Shown here one piece after another: positions 10,895-21,061 of a DNA stretch of 64,000 bases (positions are counted from its first letter, which is position 1; each line of letters opens with the position of its first letter). The stretch covers positions 64,001 through 128,000 of the forward strand of contig JAGTQC010000003.1 of assembly GCA_018396535.1 (NCBI GenBank). Reading direction: 5' to 3'. Source of the DNA: Candidatus Bathyarchaeota archaeon. GTDB taxonomy: Archaea > Thermoproteota > CALKCG01 > B24 > DRYS01. A model generated the notes under the pieces. The model was not told where the DNA came from. It was given only the letters and a program-made list of their open reading frames with translations, and did no database searches. The translations under genes were made by a program, and so were the position numbers.

Positions 10895-12880
10895 TTAACT
10901 TTCTGTTTCATGTTCGAGAGCTCCTATATCAGGTGCTTTTCCATAGTAGTTATCGTTGAAATTCGGTATGTATACTCCTGCATCTATGCACGGGCTATTT
11001 GAGGATAGTCTAAAATCCATTATATCAGGTGAGATGAAAAGGCTATCTGCAGAGATACCATTCTTTTCTAGGTTTAGTAAAGTTCTTAGTGTATATAGGG
11101 TTGTATATTCTTTTCCCTGTATAATCACGAACTTTGAATGAAGCCCGCTTATGTACATGTTATCATAATCGTAGCTACTCTCATCGTATACGGTATCTGC
11201 TAATATGTAATTGTCTGATGATAAATGTAGTATATTGTTACGTGTAATTAGACGTGAGAATTTAGCGCTTGTATCTCCTATACCTATAGGGGGTTGTCTC
11301 CATTCTGGTGAAGGCTGTGTTATCGATGAATAGAAGGTGTTATGGTATAGGTATTTCCATCCGCTGGATGCGTATCCGCTATTCAGTTTCACACCCATTA
11401 AACGGAAGTCTATACAGATGTTTCTGAAGACGTATATAGGTCCGTATGTTATCGGAGCTAGGGATATAGCACATAAGGAGTTTACTATGAAGTTATTCCA
11501 CATCCTAAAATTTATCCCAGATCCTTCCGGTTCTAATCCATCATCTCCTACGTTCGCTATATAGTTATCGTGTATATCTGTATCCCTTATTATCGTCGTA
11601 TTATAGAGATCTCCCCATGAGGATGCTGCTATACCGTTGAATAATCCCTCAATCCTGTTAAACCTTACGACATTCCCAGATCCTGCATGACTGAGAGATA
11701 CGCCAGAACCCTCTGCTTCTGTACCTTTAACCATATCCCATGGCCATTTGATTATACCTGTATCCCAGATAACATTATTCTGGATTATACAATCTGCTAC
11801 ACGTTGGGAGAGTAGGATACCGGTATTAACGTTATGTATATGGCATCCTTCGATTATACATCCTCTATAACCTCTCCTCACAGCTACCCCGCATGATGCA
11901 TAGGCTACTTCTATATCAGCTATCCTTACATAATTACCGGATATCCGTATCAGATAATCTACGAACGATACATGTAGCTCCACCCTAGATGGATGAGCAC
12001 CATCGAGTGTAGCTATGTATAATCGGCCTGTCGAAGAATCGTAGAACCAGCCACCCCTATATCCTACCCTCGCTGCTAGGAGATCTTCAAGAGATGTATA
12101 ATGGTAGAGCCTCTCTACTCCTTGAGCGATATAGGTTGGCTCTCTACGAACATCTAAGAAGTATACCCCTTCCCTATATTCTATCCACTCCACTCTGCCA
12201 TCCAGTATACTCCTATCCGAACCATATAGTGTAGCTATCTCGTCAGGGTATCCTTTAATCGTTATATATCTATCTGGGAGACCTGATATAGCTACATCTA
12301 CAGTTCCATTTACATAATATACTCCCCCCCTCAAGTATAGTGTATCGCCTGGCTGAAGCTCTGATACAGCTCTAGATATAGTTCTCCAAGGCTGCTCGAA
12401 GCTTCCAGGATTCCTATCATCACCATCCGGCGATACGTAGAACACCCTCCCTATGGCACCATATACATCACTAGGTTCAGATCTAGTTTTGAAGACTGTA
12501 TGTAATTCAGATCGATCCACACCATCTGGATCTTCGATAGTGATTATAATCTCGTACTCTGTACCAGGATTAAGGTACACTAGGCTTCCGGCTAGTTGCT
12601 TCAATTCTCTTAGAGGTGAAAGAGGATGCCCCTCCCTCCACACCCTATCTACCGTAGATCTAAACCTAACAGAGGCTTTATTATTAAAATTCTCATCGCC
12701 TTGATAAGTAACTATTATCCCGGCAGAGTTTATAGTTGGGTAGACAGCTACATCTAAGATTCTAGTAGCTTTCTCAGATCCTAAGACGAAGTAGAAGATA
12801 GAGATGGTAGCAGAAGATATTGAAATAGCTATGATTAAAAGAATAGCAATCAGCTTCCTTCTATTCATCAGAATCCCCAT
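10895..12880 (-). CDS. Membrane-anchored extracellular right-handed beta-helix protein (DUF1565/polysaccharide lyase-like) with FN3-like N-domain
   Basis: N-terminal TM helix, LNPGTEYE FN3-like motif, YVSPDGDDRNPGS..PWRTI, beta-helix repeats, C-terminal SPCIDAG...APDIGALE. Confidence 0.8.
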   Translation of the reverse strand: MGILMNRRKLIAILLIIAISISSATISIFYFVLGSEKATRILDVAVYPTINSAGIIVTYQGDENFNNKASVRFRSTVDRVWREGHPLSPLRELKQLAGSLVYLNPGTEYEIIITIEDPDGVDRSELHTVFKTRSEPSDVYGAIGRVFYVSPDGDDRNPGSFEQPWRTISRAVSELQPGDTLYLRGGVYYVNGTVDVAISGLPDRYITIKGYPDEIATLYGSDRSILDGRVEWIEYREGVYFLDVRREPTYIAQGVERLYHYTSLEDLLAARVGYRGGWFYDSSTGRLYIATLDGAHPSRVELHVSFVDYLIRISGNYVRIADIEVAYASCGVAVRRGYRGCIIEGCHIHNVNTGILLSQRVADCIIQNNVIWDTGIIKWPWDMVKGTEAEGSGVSLSHAGSGNVVRFNRIEGLFNGIAASSWGDLYNTTIIRDTDIHDNYIANVGDDGLEPEGSGINFRMWNNFIVNSLCAISLAPITYGPIYVFRNICIDFRLMGVKLNSGYASSGWKYLYHNTFYSSITQPSPEWRQPPIGIGDTSAKFSRLITRNNILHLSSDNYILADTVYDESSYDYDNMYISGLHSKFVIIQGKEYTTLYTLRTLLNLEKNGISADSLFISPDIMDFRLSSNSPCIDAGVYIPNFNDNYYGKAPDIGALEHETES

Positions 12881-12931
12881 TCTAGAAAATCTATCTTTAT
12901 CATAATAAGTTTTAGCCTATCGTTTAAGAAA

Positions 12932-13005
12932 GGCCGCCGCCGGGATTTGAACCCGGCCTCCAGGCTCCACAGGCCTGTGCGCTGCCAGGCTACGCTACGG
13001 CGGCC
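12932..13005 (-). tRNA. tRNA-His(GUG) with genome-encoded G-1
   Basis: Reverse strand: G-GCCGCCG...CAGGC-CTGTGGA-GCCTG...TTCAAAT...CGGCGGC-C; G-1 lies opposite the C73 discriminator. Confidence 0.95.
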
Positions 13006-13089
13006 GTTATTCATCAGGGTTTAATGTATAATCCCCTCTATATAGGTTTGAATACTTAACTATAAGGGTTTAGGCTCTTCACGATATAG

Positions 13090-14706
13090 TTGTGGTTGGT
13101 GATAACCGTGGGGTTTAATAGGTGGGATGCTGAATCTTGGATCGACAGAGTTGAGCCTAGCTGGTTTACTCCTAGACTAGGTCGTAGAGTTTATAGGTTT
13201 ATAAAGCCTATTAGAGAGTTTAAGTTATGGTCTGGTAGTGGAGAGATATTCTGTTCTCGTATACCGCCAGATGCATCTATAGATTCTATCCCATCCTACA
13301 ATTATTCTACAGCATATCTTCTAACGTCTGGTATACTTTCGTCTATAAGATCCGTTAGTAAGGTTCTAGTAAAACCCAATAATACAGGCTTTATAGGAGC
13401 TTTTATAAGCGATCCCAGGCTTCGTAAGATTATGCGTATCCATGGTATCAGCTTGGATCCAGATCTACAGCCTATAGCCTCTCAACCCTCTATGATCGCA
13501 GGTATAGTAGATGCTCTCATAGATCATGGAGTAGATGTAATCGATATAGGTGAGAATATGCTTTGGCGTGGTGGCACTCCTAGAGCCTTCTGGGAGACTG
13601 GATACCTAAAGATATTCAGGGGTGAAAGGTATCGTGGTAGAGTATTCTTCGTAGATTTCTATGAAGGTGAATCTATAGAGTTAGAGACTATAAAGTTGGA
13701 TAGTGTTGACGGGTATGATCTAGGATTCTATACCGAAGCTAAGCCTCCTAGAGCGTTATTCGATGAAAACTATGATCTAGTAATAATAGCATCGTTAGCT
13801 AAAACCCATAATTGCTCATACTACTCGCTTATAGCTAAAAATTTTAGTGTAACATGGAATCCTAGAAGGATTAGATGGCGCATACACGGTATACCTTTAA
13901 GGATATTCAATGATAGAGGTTATATCGAAGATATACTCGGATTAGAAGCTGCGGAAGGTATAGAGTATAGGGTGTATACGATTTCATCAAACGATAAACG
14001 TTACGTGATAATATCTAATGGCTTACTCTCCTCATCCCCCCTATCAGTATACGAAGTTGGAGGAGAACTGCTAGCTCAAGTCGATCCGCACCATCTAGAA
14101 GGTCTCAGCCTCTCTACATTGATGATAGGTATAGGATACCTGATAGCGAGATTTTCGGTAATATACTCCGCGATCGTTAAAAAACTTAAAGCTAAAGGTG
14201 CTAAGATCGCTGGGTTGATATCGGGTATAGTCGGTCAAGAAGGTGAGGGTCCACTTATATACGGTTACAGGAGGTTCGGAGGGTTTGCTTTAGCTGGTTT
14301 CGATACACCAGCTCTAGAAAGCTTAGCTCTAGATATAATGTTCGGTTATAGCAATCTAAATTTCATAGATCAGATGCGTATATTGAATCGTAGATTAGCT
14401 AGAAGATATAGGGTAGAGAAAGCCATACCAGATATATCATACCCATGGACTATAGATCTACTAGCTAAACTTACAGGAGAACATCTAGATCCGAGAGATT
14501 TAACAGTTACATTGATAGATTTCGTAGGGAGGGAGATAAGAAACCCGTGGGATATAAGATCTGGAAGACCGTTCAAACCTTCTAAAGCATTATACATCCC
14601 TCAACTAGAGTGGATTAAGCTATTGTACACGGATAGACGTATCTTCAAAAGATCTATGGACTACGTAGATAAGGGTATAGAGATACCGTTAATACCACCA
14701 TCATGA
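13090..14706 (+). CDS. DUF362-domain protein
   Basis: VLVKPN, KTH...SLIAKN and GQEGEGP motifs. Start codon uncertain. Confidence 0.7.
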   Translation: MWLVITVGFNRWDAESWIDRVEPSWFTPRLGRRVYRFIKPIREFKLWSGSGEIFCSRIPPDASIDSIPSYNYSTAYLLTSGILSSIRSVSKVLVKPNNTGFIGAFISDPRLRKIMRIHGISLDPDLQPIASQPSMIAGIVDALIDHGVDVIDIGENMLWRGGTPRAFWETGYLKIFRGERYRGRVFFVDFYEGESIELETIKLDSVDGYDLGFYTEAKPPRALFDENYDLVIIASLAKTHNCSYYSLIAKNFSVTWNPRRIRWRIHGIPLRIFNDRGYIEDILGLEAAEGIEYRVYTISSNDKRYVIISNGLLSSSPLSVYEVGGELLAQVDPHHLEGLSLSTLMIGIGYLIARFSVIYSAIVKKLKAKGAKIAGLISGIVGQEGEGPLIYGYRRFGGFALAGFDTPALESLALDIMFGYSNLNFIDQMRILNRRLARRYRVEKAIPDISYPWTIDLLAKLTGEHLDPRDLTVTLIDFVGREIRNPWDIRSGRPFKPSKALYIPQLEWIKLLYTDRRIFKRSMDYVDKGIEIPLIPPS

Positions 14707-14713
14707 TATACTA

Positions 14714-15928
14714 ATGTTGTATCGTATACTAACCCTGGGGGTGGCTGCTATACCATCAGATACAAGTAGAATATATATCGTTAAACAAGCTATGGAAGAT
14801 TACGGTATAGATCTACTAGTATGTAGAAATCCTGAGAACGTACTTTTCCTCTCAGGTTACTGGCCTCTAACAGGCTGGTCGCTGATCCTAATACCGCTAG
14901 ATGGCGATCCAGTACTCATCATACCTAGATCTGAGATAGATTATGTCGAGGATTCTTGGGTTAAGAATGTATATACATATGAAGCTGAAAGATTAGAGTA
15001 TACATGGAATCCATACAGATTCATAATGGAGATACTCGAAGAAATAGGTTTACCTAGAGGTATTAGAGTTGGATGCGAACTCGGCATGGAAACTATAGCT
15101 ACAGGTACGATCGCAGGGGAGGCGAGCTATGCATGCACACCTACCTTCGACCTATTGAGAAAAGTATTTAAAGCTATACTAGTCGATGCTACACCTCTAC
15201 TTTCTAAGCTTAGGATGGTTAAATCCAATTTAGAAGTGGAGAAGGTTAGGTTAGCTTCAAAAATAGCATCTATAGCTATCGAAAAGCTAATAGAAGCGGT
15301 AAAAGAAGGTTTAAGAGAATCTGAGCTTGCAGCTTTAGCTGAATACATAGTTTATTCTGAAGGTATAGGATTCGAGGGTAGGGTTAAGAGAGCTAGAGGC
15401 TTCGCATTCATTATGTCTGGTATAAATACTTCTAGAGCATGGTATCCATTCAATATATCGACGAATCGTAGAATCTTGAGAGGTGATCCAATACTAATAG
15501 AGTTTAACGTATGCGTGGATGGATACTGGATAGATATAACTAGAACATGGATTCTAGGTAGGCCTACAGATGAACAAGAAGATATATTTAATACTCTAGT
15601 AGAAGCTCAGGAATCCGTATACAGATCTGAGAATCCAGGTCTTAGAGCCTGCGATGTAGATGATATAGCTAGAAGTATCGTAAGGGCTAGGGGTTACGAT
15701 CGATTCTTCCCACATAGGCTCGGTCATGGTGTTGGATTAAGGCTGCATGAGGAACCTATAATCCATCCATTATCGACTACGCTTATCGAGAAGAATATGA
15801 TTCATACTGTAGAACCTGGTATATACACAGATAGATATGGGTTGAGATTAGAAGATGTAGTTTTAATCTTAGAGAAAGGTGTAGAAAACCTTTTCCCAAG
15901 ATATAAATTCTTAAGTCTTAGTGAATAA
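14714..15928 (+). CDS. Xaa-Pro peptidase family protein (M24B)
   Basis: Creatinase-type N-domain, DITRT, HRLGHGVG, HEEP, EPGIY, RLED. Confidence 0.9.
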   Translation: MLYRILTLGVAAIPSDTSRIYIVKQAMEDYGIDLLVCRNPENVLFLSGYWPLTGWSLILIPLDGDPVLIIPRSEIDYVEDSWVKNVYTYEAERLEYTWNPYRFIMEILEEIGLPRGIRVGCELGMETIATGTIAGEASYACTPTFDLLRKVFKAILVDATPLLSKLRMVKSNLEVEKVRLASKIASIAIEKLIEAVKEGLRESELAALAEYIVYSEGIGFEGRVKRARGFAFIMSGINTSRAWYPFNISTNRRILRGDPILIEFNVCVDGYWIDITRTWILGRPTDEQEDIFNTLVEAQESVYRSENPGLRACDVDDIARSIVRARGYDRFFPHRLGHGVGLRLHEEPIIHPLSTTLIEKNMIHTVEPGIYTDRYGLRLEDVVLILEKGVENLFPRYKFLSLSE

Positions 15929-16176
15929 CAGATAACTTCTCTCCCACATCCCCTCTTCTATCTTATAGTTTTCCTTATCACTTAGATCCATGTATATTTA
16001 GCTCATTTCGTCTAATCTTGACTTCGATTACTTCTAGATTTTCAAGTAGATGGATATATTAGTATAGCATTAAATGGATATGCTTATTTCAACCTATGTA
16101 TATTTAGCTTTTGCTGATACTATCTTCTGCAAAATATTTAAATATATGCTACCTACATCTATTTTTGTGAGAAGCT

Positions 16177-16539
16177 ATGAGTAGAGGTGTACGTAGAAAA
16201 ACTGTCCTTTCAGAAACTGCTGAGGTATTTTATAAGGGAAGATGGGTTAAAGCATCTGAGATAGTACCTGAAAGAGTACCTAAAACTAAGATAGAGGAAG
16301 CAAGAAGTGAGATTGTACGAAGAGTTATAAGCGAGATACAATCTTCAACTGAATCATCACTTACAAGACCAGAACTGATAAAGATATGTGAAGAAGTATC
16401 TAAAGAGAGAGGATTAAAGAGGAAAGTAAACTATCGATTCCTACTAGAAAGAGGAATCCTAGGTAGACTTAAAGGTACTAGAAGATACTTCCTAACAGAG
16501 AAAGCTAAGGAACTTTACCCAGAACTCTTCCCAAGCTAA
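16177..16539 (+). CDS. Basic hypothetical protein, possible C-terminal winged helix
   Basis: Preceded by AAAATATTTAAATA promoter-like sequence; LLERGIL...YFLTEKAKE resembles a wHTH wing. Confidence 0.6.
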   Translation: MSRGVRRKTVLSETAEVFYKGRWVKASEIVPERVPKTKIEEARSEIVRRVISEIQSSTESSLTRPELIKICEEVSKERGLKRKVNYRFLLERGILGRLKGTRRYFLTEKAKELYPELFPS

Positions 16540-16665
16540 ACCATAGCGGAATAATAGCTTAGCATAAAGTATCCTCCTTCAACCTATTTTGAACACCATT
16601 CTACACCACATATTTATCCCAGCTACAACCTTTAATAGCGAAGTATATCTACTAGATGCTATCGT

Positions 16666-16743
16666 GGGCCGGTAGCTCAGCCTGGTATGAGCACCCGGTT
16701 CGCACCCGGGAGGTCGCGGGTTCAAATCCCGCCCGGTCCACCA
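16666..16743 (+). tRNA. tRNA-Ala(CGC) with encoded CCA
   Basis: GGGCCGG/CCGGTCC acceptor with G3:U70, CCCGG-TTCGCAC-CCGGG anticodon arm, ACCA end. Confidence 0.96.
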
Positions 16744-16821
16744 TCCTTTAAGTTTAGCTCTCTTAAATATGACATCTTCATCACCATGTTTTAGTAGTTG
16801 TTGATTTAGCAGGCTAAAATA

Positions 16822-17377
16822 TTGTTATCGTTAAACGACGTTGATATTAGATATCTCAGTATAATAATGTTGCTAGAGGTTAGGGTTGCTTCCACCGTTT
16901 ATCTCTGTTCCTTCCATAAGCGTTTCAAAAACTTCTTCAAGATTCATGTAGCGGTAATACCGCCTCACCTATACCGAAATAATTCTCATAGTAAAAATGA
17001 ATCTCATCTCTTCTACCACAGGTCTCAACCGCTTATGGAACACTATCTCAGAGTTTAGGTAGCAGAAGAGTAGATCAGTCTTCTCGGTTATCGTCTTCGA
17101 TACACTAGAACATAACTGTAGTAAAGATAAGTTGCTAAAGGCTTTGGGCGAAGACTTAGCGAGGATAAGGAACTTTGAGGATGTAAGGCTTAATATTATT
17201 AGGCCTGAGTGCGCTATAGCTAACCACCTGAGCTCCATAGCCGATATGCAGGTAATCGTCAGGGAGATATGTGGTGCTACATTCCCTGTAGGGGTAAAGC
17301 CGAAAACACCGCTACTAAACATCGAGTTACATGAAGATGAGGTGGTATCGGAAATTAGGTTAACGCCAATACTATAG
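16822..17377 (+). pseudogene. Decayed gene fragment, possibly the C-terminus of a GvpD/RecA-superfamily ATPase
   Basis: Protein-like frame RLWNTISEFR*QKSRSVFSVIVFDTLEH...GVKPKTPLL...IRLTPIL with an internal stop and no credible start. Family assignment is from recalled similarity only. Confidence 0.35.
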
Positions 17378-17598
17378 CCATTCTTAGAGATGGTGTTACT
17401 CTGTAACTAGGAGCTAAAATACATTCATTAAAAGTTTAATCCCATCTTCTATACGTTTAATAGAGTGAAACTTAAATCTAAACTCTAACTTCTATTTCAA
17501 ATCTAAGTTGGTTGTTAAGATATTACTTATAATTTCAGACATTATAGATATTATTCCAGCAACTTCTTCATATTTTTGAATTATGTTATTATAATGTT

Positions 17599-19614
17599 TT
17601 AAACCTTCTTCCAAAGTACGATAGCGATCACTACTATAGCTATGAGGAATGCGGCTGCTAGAATCCATGAATTCTCATACCATGCTCTCTCAGGCTCCAT
17701 TATCGTGATTGATAACGGGGCTTCCTTCACAACTTCGCTATAGATTGCCTTAACGATCAGGATATGTGTTCCAGTAGGCGCATCTCTTGATGCTGTTATC
17801 GTTAGTATAGCGCTGAATGGCGGGTAATCAGGCTCCCCATAAAACCTATACGAAACCCCTCTTGGAATACCTGAAAGCGAAAGCCTAATCTCCCAGCGGG
17901 CTTCTCCAGCAGTACGCTCTACCTGAATACTTACGTTCACAGACTTCCCCTTGTACACGGATATGCTACTTGGGATCAAGTTTATATGATAATCGAATTT
18001 CTCGATGAACTCAGCAACTATATCTATTGAGCCTCCCAGCCAGATAATCGTCGGATTGCTATATCGATCATACGTTACGTCAGCCGTCGCAACCGCCTTC
18101 CACATTTTAAATTCATACTTCGGCTCAGGGATTGCTGTTACATTCAAGTATGTTTCAGCATCAAACCAGTATATCCCCGGAGGCGGGTTGGTTGTACCTT
18201 TACCAGTCTCAGCTCCTATCCCAACCCTATACTGAGTCCTATAGATAGCTTCGATAAAGCCCCCTTCAGGTGGAACCGTTATGTAGCCCAAAGGTTCGTT
18301 TGAAAGTCCTGTTACAGAGTCTAGCCTAAACCTTGTATCCTCAACTATTGATTCAGCTATCTCAGCCCATGCATATACGTGGGTCGAGCCAACCTCCCAA
18401 GTGAAGGTTACAGGTAGCTGATCGGCTCCATAGAACTGGTTATCCACAACTAGGATAGACCTAGCAGGTGAAGGGTTTGTAAGACCGCTTACTGCAAACG
18501 TAACGGTCGCCGTCTGCCGTCCACCGTTGGGGAGGGCTCCGCTTGGAGTGGGCTGCATATATGCTGCTATCGTCATGTTCGAAGTGACGACTATGCTTCT
18601 CGGGTTTGATGTTGAGTAATCGCTCCAACCGATGAAGATGTAGCTGATATCTGGACTCGGAGAGTAGGGCGAAGTAACTTCAACCGTATGGTTTCCTGGA
18701 GATACCTTTACACTAACCTTACCCTCCATATCTGTTGTATAATCGATACTGTCGACTCTAACAGTTACGCCATGAATCCCAGTATTAGCATAGTAAACAT
18801 AGATTGTTAATGTGAAAGCTTCTGAGGATGTTTGGGTGGTGTACACCGTATAGAGCGTATATAAGACATCTGTGATATAGTTTACAGCAAGGTTGAGCGA
18901 TTCAAGAACCCTCCCGACGAAGATAGGATTGCTCCAATCGTAATTCCTATCCATCCAGACGCATGTTAAACCTCTCCCAGATCTATCGAATGTTGTATCA
19001 TAAGCTAGTTCAATAGCTGCATCATATGCTGTGATGAATCTAAGCTCCCCGTCAAAGGATAGATATATACTCCACTCCGAATTGTAGCTTGAAGTTTTCT
19101 TACCTACGTAATCTTCGTAGTCGCTGTGGTGTACTTCAGCACCCCACTCTGTACTAGAGCCCATTACATGAGCGAAAACAGCCATATCCGCTATGTAATG
19201 GGTCATAGCTCCAGCATACTTTGCAGCTGAAGCAAAGTCTCCGAGAAGCATGAATGTCAATGCTTGATTAAACGTTGCGTTAGCCCTACGGGCGGCTACA
19301 TCGTCTATCAGAACTCTATCCATGCTGAAATATATATGGTGGAGGCCTGTATCACCTATACCATCCGGAGCCCGCCCATTATCAGGAAGCTCTGTTCCAT
19401 ATAGGTAGAGGTTCAGGTTTGTGATTATCCACTGCTTAGCATCGTTTGGAAGCCAGTCTAATGCATGTTCAGCAAGCCAGTCGTGTGTCCCATATTTCAG
19501 AGTGTTCGGGCTGGAGCTATATCCGCCATTACCCCATGCATAACACTCTACGATCAAATAAAACTGCATAAACAGGATTAAAAGCAAAGCAAGGGTACAG
19601 GTTTTTCTCTTCAC
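17599..19614 (-). CDS. Cell-surface zinc-dependent phospholipase C/S1-P1-like protein with beta-rich repeats and C-terminal TM anchor
   Basis: Signal peptide followed by mature N-terminal Trp (A-WG), THDW, PD, HH, THYIAD..AH and HHSDYE tri-zinc ligands; Ig-like stalk; TM plus KKV tail. Confidence 0.8.
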   Translation of the reverse strand: MKRKTCTLALLLILFMQFYLIVECYAWGNGGYSSSPNTLKYGTHDWLAEHALDWLPNDAKQWIITNLNLYLYGTELPDNGRAPDGIGDTGLHHIYFSMDRVLIDDVAARRANATFNQALTFMLLGDFASAAKYAGAMTHYIADMAVFAHVMGSSTEWGAEVHHSDYEDYVGKKTSSYNSEWSIYLSFDGELRFITAYDAAIELAYDTTFDRSGRGLTCVWMDRNYDWSNPIFVGRVLESLNLAVNYITDVLYTLYTVYTTQTSSEAFTLTIYVYYANTGIHGVTVRVDSIDYTTDMEGKVSVKVSPGNHTVEVTSPYSPSPDISYIFIGWSDYSTSNPRSIVVTSNMTIAAYMQPTPSGALPNGGRQTATVTFAVSGLTNPSPARSILVVDNQFYGADQLPVTFTWEVGSTHVYAWAEIAESIVEDTRFRLDSVTGLSNEPLGYITVPPEGGFIEAIYRTQYRVGIGAETGKGTTNPPPGIYWFDAETYLNVTAIPEPKYEFKMWKAVATADVTYDRYSNPTIIWLGGSIDIVAEFIEKFDYHINLIPSSISVYKGKSVNVSIQVERTAGEARWEIRLSLSGIPRGVSYRFYGEPDYPPFSAILTITASRDAPTGTHILIVKAIYSEVVKEAPLSITIMEPERAWYENSWILAAAFLIAIVVIAIVLWKKV

Positions 19615-19861
19615 GTTAACCCCCTCCTCTAAAGATATTAGGCTAGTAATCGTTAAATCTTTATTATAACAAGCATTTATCGAGCACCGTTACGGTGAAA
19701 ATCATACAGGCTGAGTCGAAGAAATATGAGGATTGTAAGAACGATGATAAGCTTGGAAAATAGCGTCTACTAGATATATCATTCATCTAATATTTTATAT
19801 CCATGTAGGTATGAATATGCTTATATCTCTCATAATACATACGTTACTATTCTGATAATCG

Positions 19862-20836
19862 TTACACTACTCTGTATCCTCCAAAAATTTCGATTAGGAA
19901 TAGTATGTAAAGGGAGAATAGGAGTATACCCTCCCTCCATCCTATCCTCCTATTCGAGAGGAGGTACCATAGTATTAGGCATACCATTATCGTGAACGTA
20001 GCCATACTCGTATAGGATGCCATGTTAACTACAAACTCCCTCCCTATCAAAGCTACTCCTAATATAAGCGTTATATTCGTAAAGCAGCTTCCGACTATAT
20101 TTCCTATAACTAGCTCTAGATAACCCTTTAAAGAGGATTTTAATCCAATCGTAAATTCTGGTAAACTAGTTCCAAAGGCTATTATAGTAGCACCTATCAC
20201 TGTGGTAGGAATACCTATATACTCTGCGATGTATGAAGCTGTATCTACTATCAGGTATGCGCTTGTAATAACAGCGGTTAATCCAAGGATTGTTAGAGCT
20301 AAATATCTCTTCAAGTTATTAGATACCCTCTCAGCTCCCCCTACCTCTTCAACCCTCCTTCTCTTCGATATATTGTATATCTCGTATACGAAGATTGATA
20401 CGAGAATTATACCTACAACTCTACTAGCGTATCCTATGTAGATTAGAACTACAGGAATAAGCGAAGTTATGAAAAGTCCGAAATGCAGGGTTCTAACCTC
20501 TTCTTTGACCGTGATATATAGCTGGGGGCTCCTTAGAGAAGTTATCAGAAATATTAAACCAAGTATGAAACATACATTCACGATATTTGAACCTAGAACG
20601 TTCCCGATAGCTATACCTATATCCCCGACTCCCATAGCGATGAGGATAGATACGCTAAGCTCGGGTAGAGTAGTGATTAACGCTATTAATGCGTAACCTA
20701 TAGTAGTTTTTCCTAAACCTGTTATCTCAGAAACTTTAACAGCGTTATCGATAGCTATATCGCAAGCTTTATCGAGAACGTAGAGTGAGATTAAGAGAAT
20801 CAATACATTACCAAGTAAGCCTAATTGTTCAAACAT
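19862..20836 (-). CDS. Ca2+/Na+ (cation) antiporter, CaCA family
   Basis: Two alpha repeats, TTLPE...GNVLGSN and GTSLPE...GNIVGS; about 10 TM helices. Confidence 0.92.
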   Translation of the reverse strand: MFEQLGLLGNVLILLISLYVLDKACDIAIDNAVKVSEITGLGKTTIGYALIALITTLPELSVSILIAMGVGDIGIAIGNVLGSNIVNVCFILGLIFLITSLRSPQLYITVKEEVRTLHFGLFITSLIPVVLIYIGYASRVVGIILVSIFVYEIYNISKRRRVEEVGGAERVSNNLKRYLALTILGLTAVITSAYLIVDTASYIAEYIGIPTTVIGATIIAFGTSLPEFTIGLKSSLKGYLELVIGNIVGSCFTNITLILGVALIGREFVVNMASYTSMATFTIMVCLILWYLLSNRRIGWREGILLFSLYILFLIEIFGGYRVV

Positions 20837-21061
20837 GATGGATTACCCCTCTACCCCTTCCTCTCCACCCATCCCTAGCTCTTCATAACGGTTAAGATTA
20901 GCAGTAGCGGGGTATGCTATATTCTACTTAATAAATATTTTGTTTAATACGATCCCATATATCGGTGACAGAATATCTACTTGTAATTTATCTTGTAATT
21001 TATTAAGTAAAAATTACGGCTGTATAATATAAAAATAAGAGTAATAATGTAGAAATTACGA

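Noticed and set aside
10724-11002. 92-aa plus-strand ORF
   Set aside because: Overlaps the 3' end of the beta-helix gene; no SD or recognisable motif.
16700-21000. Provirus or integrative element at tRNA-Ala
   Set aside because: No duplicated tRNA 3' end, integrase or viral genes were seen.
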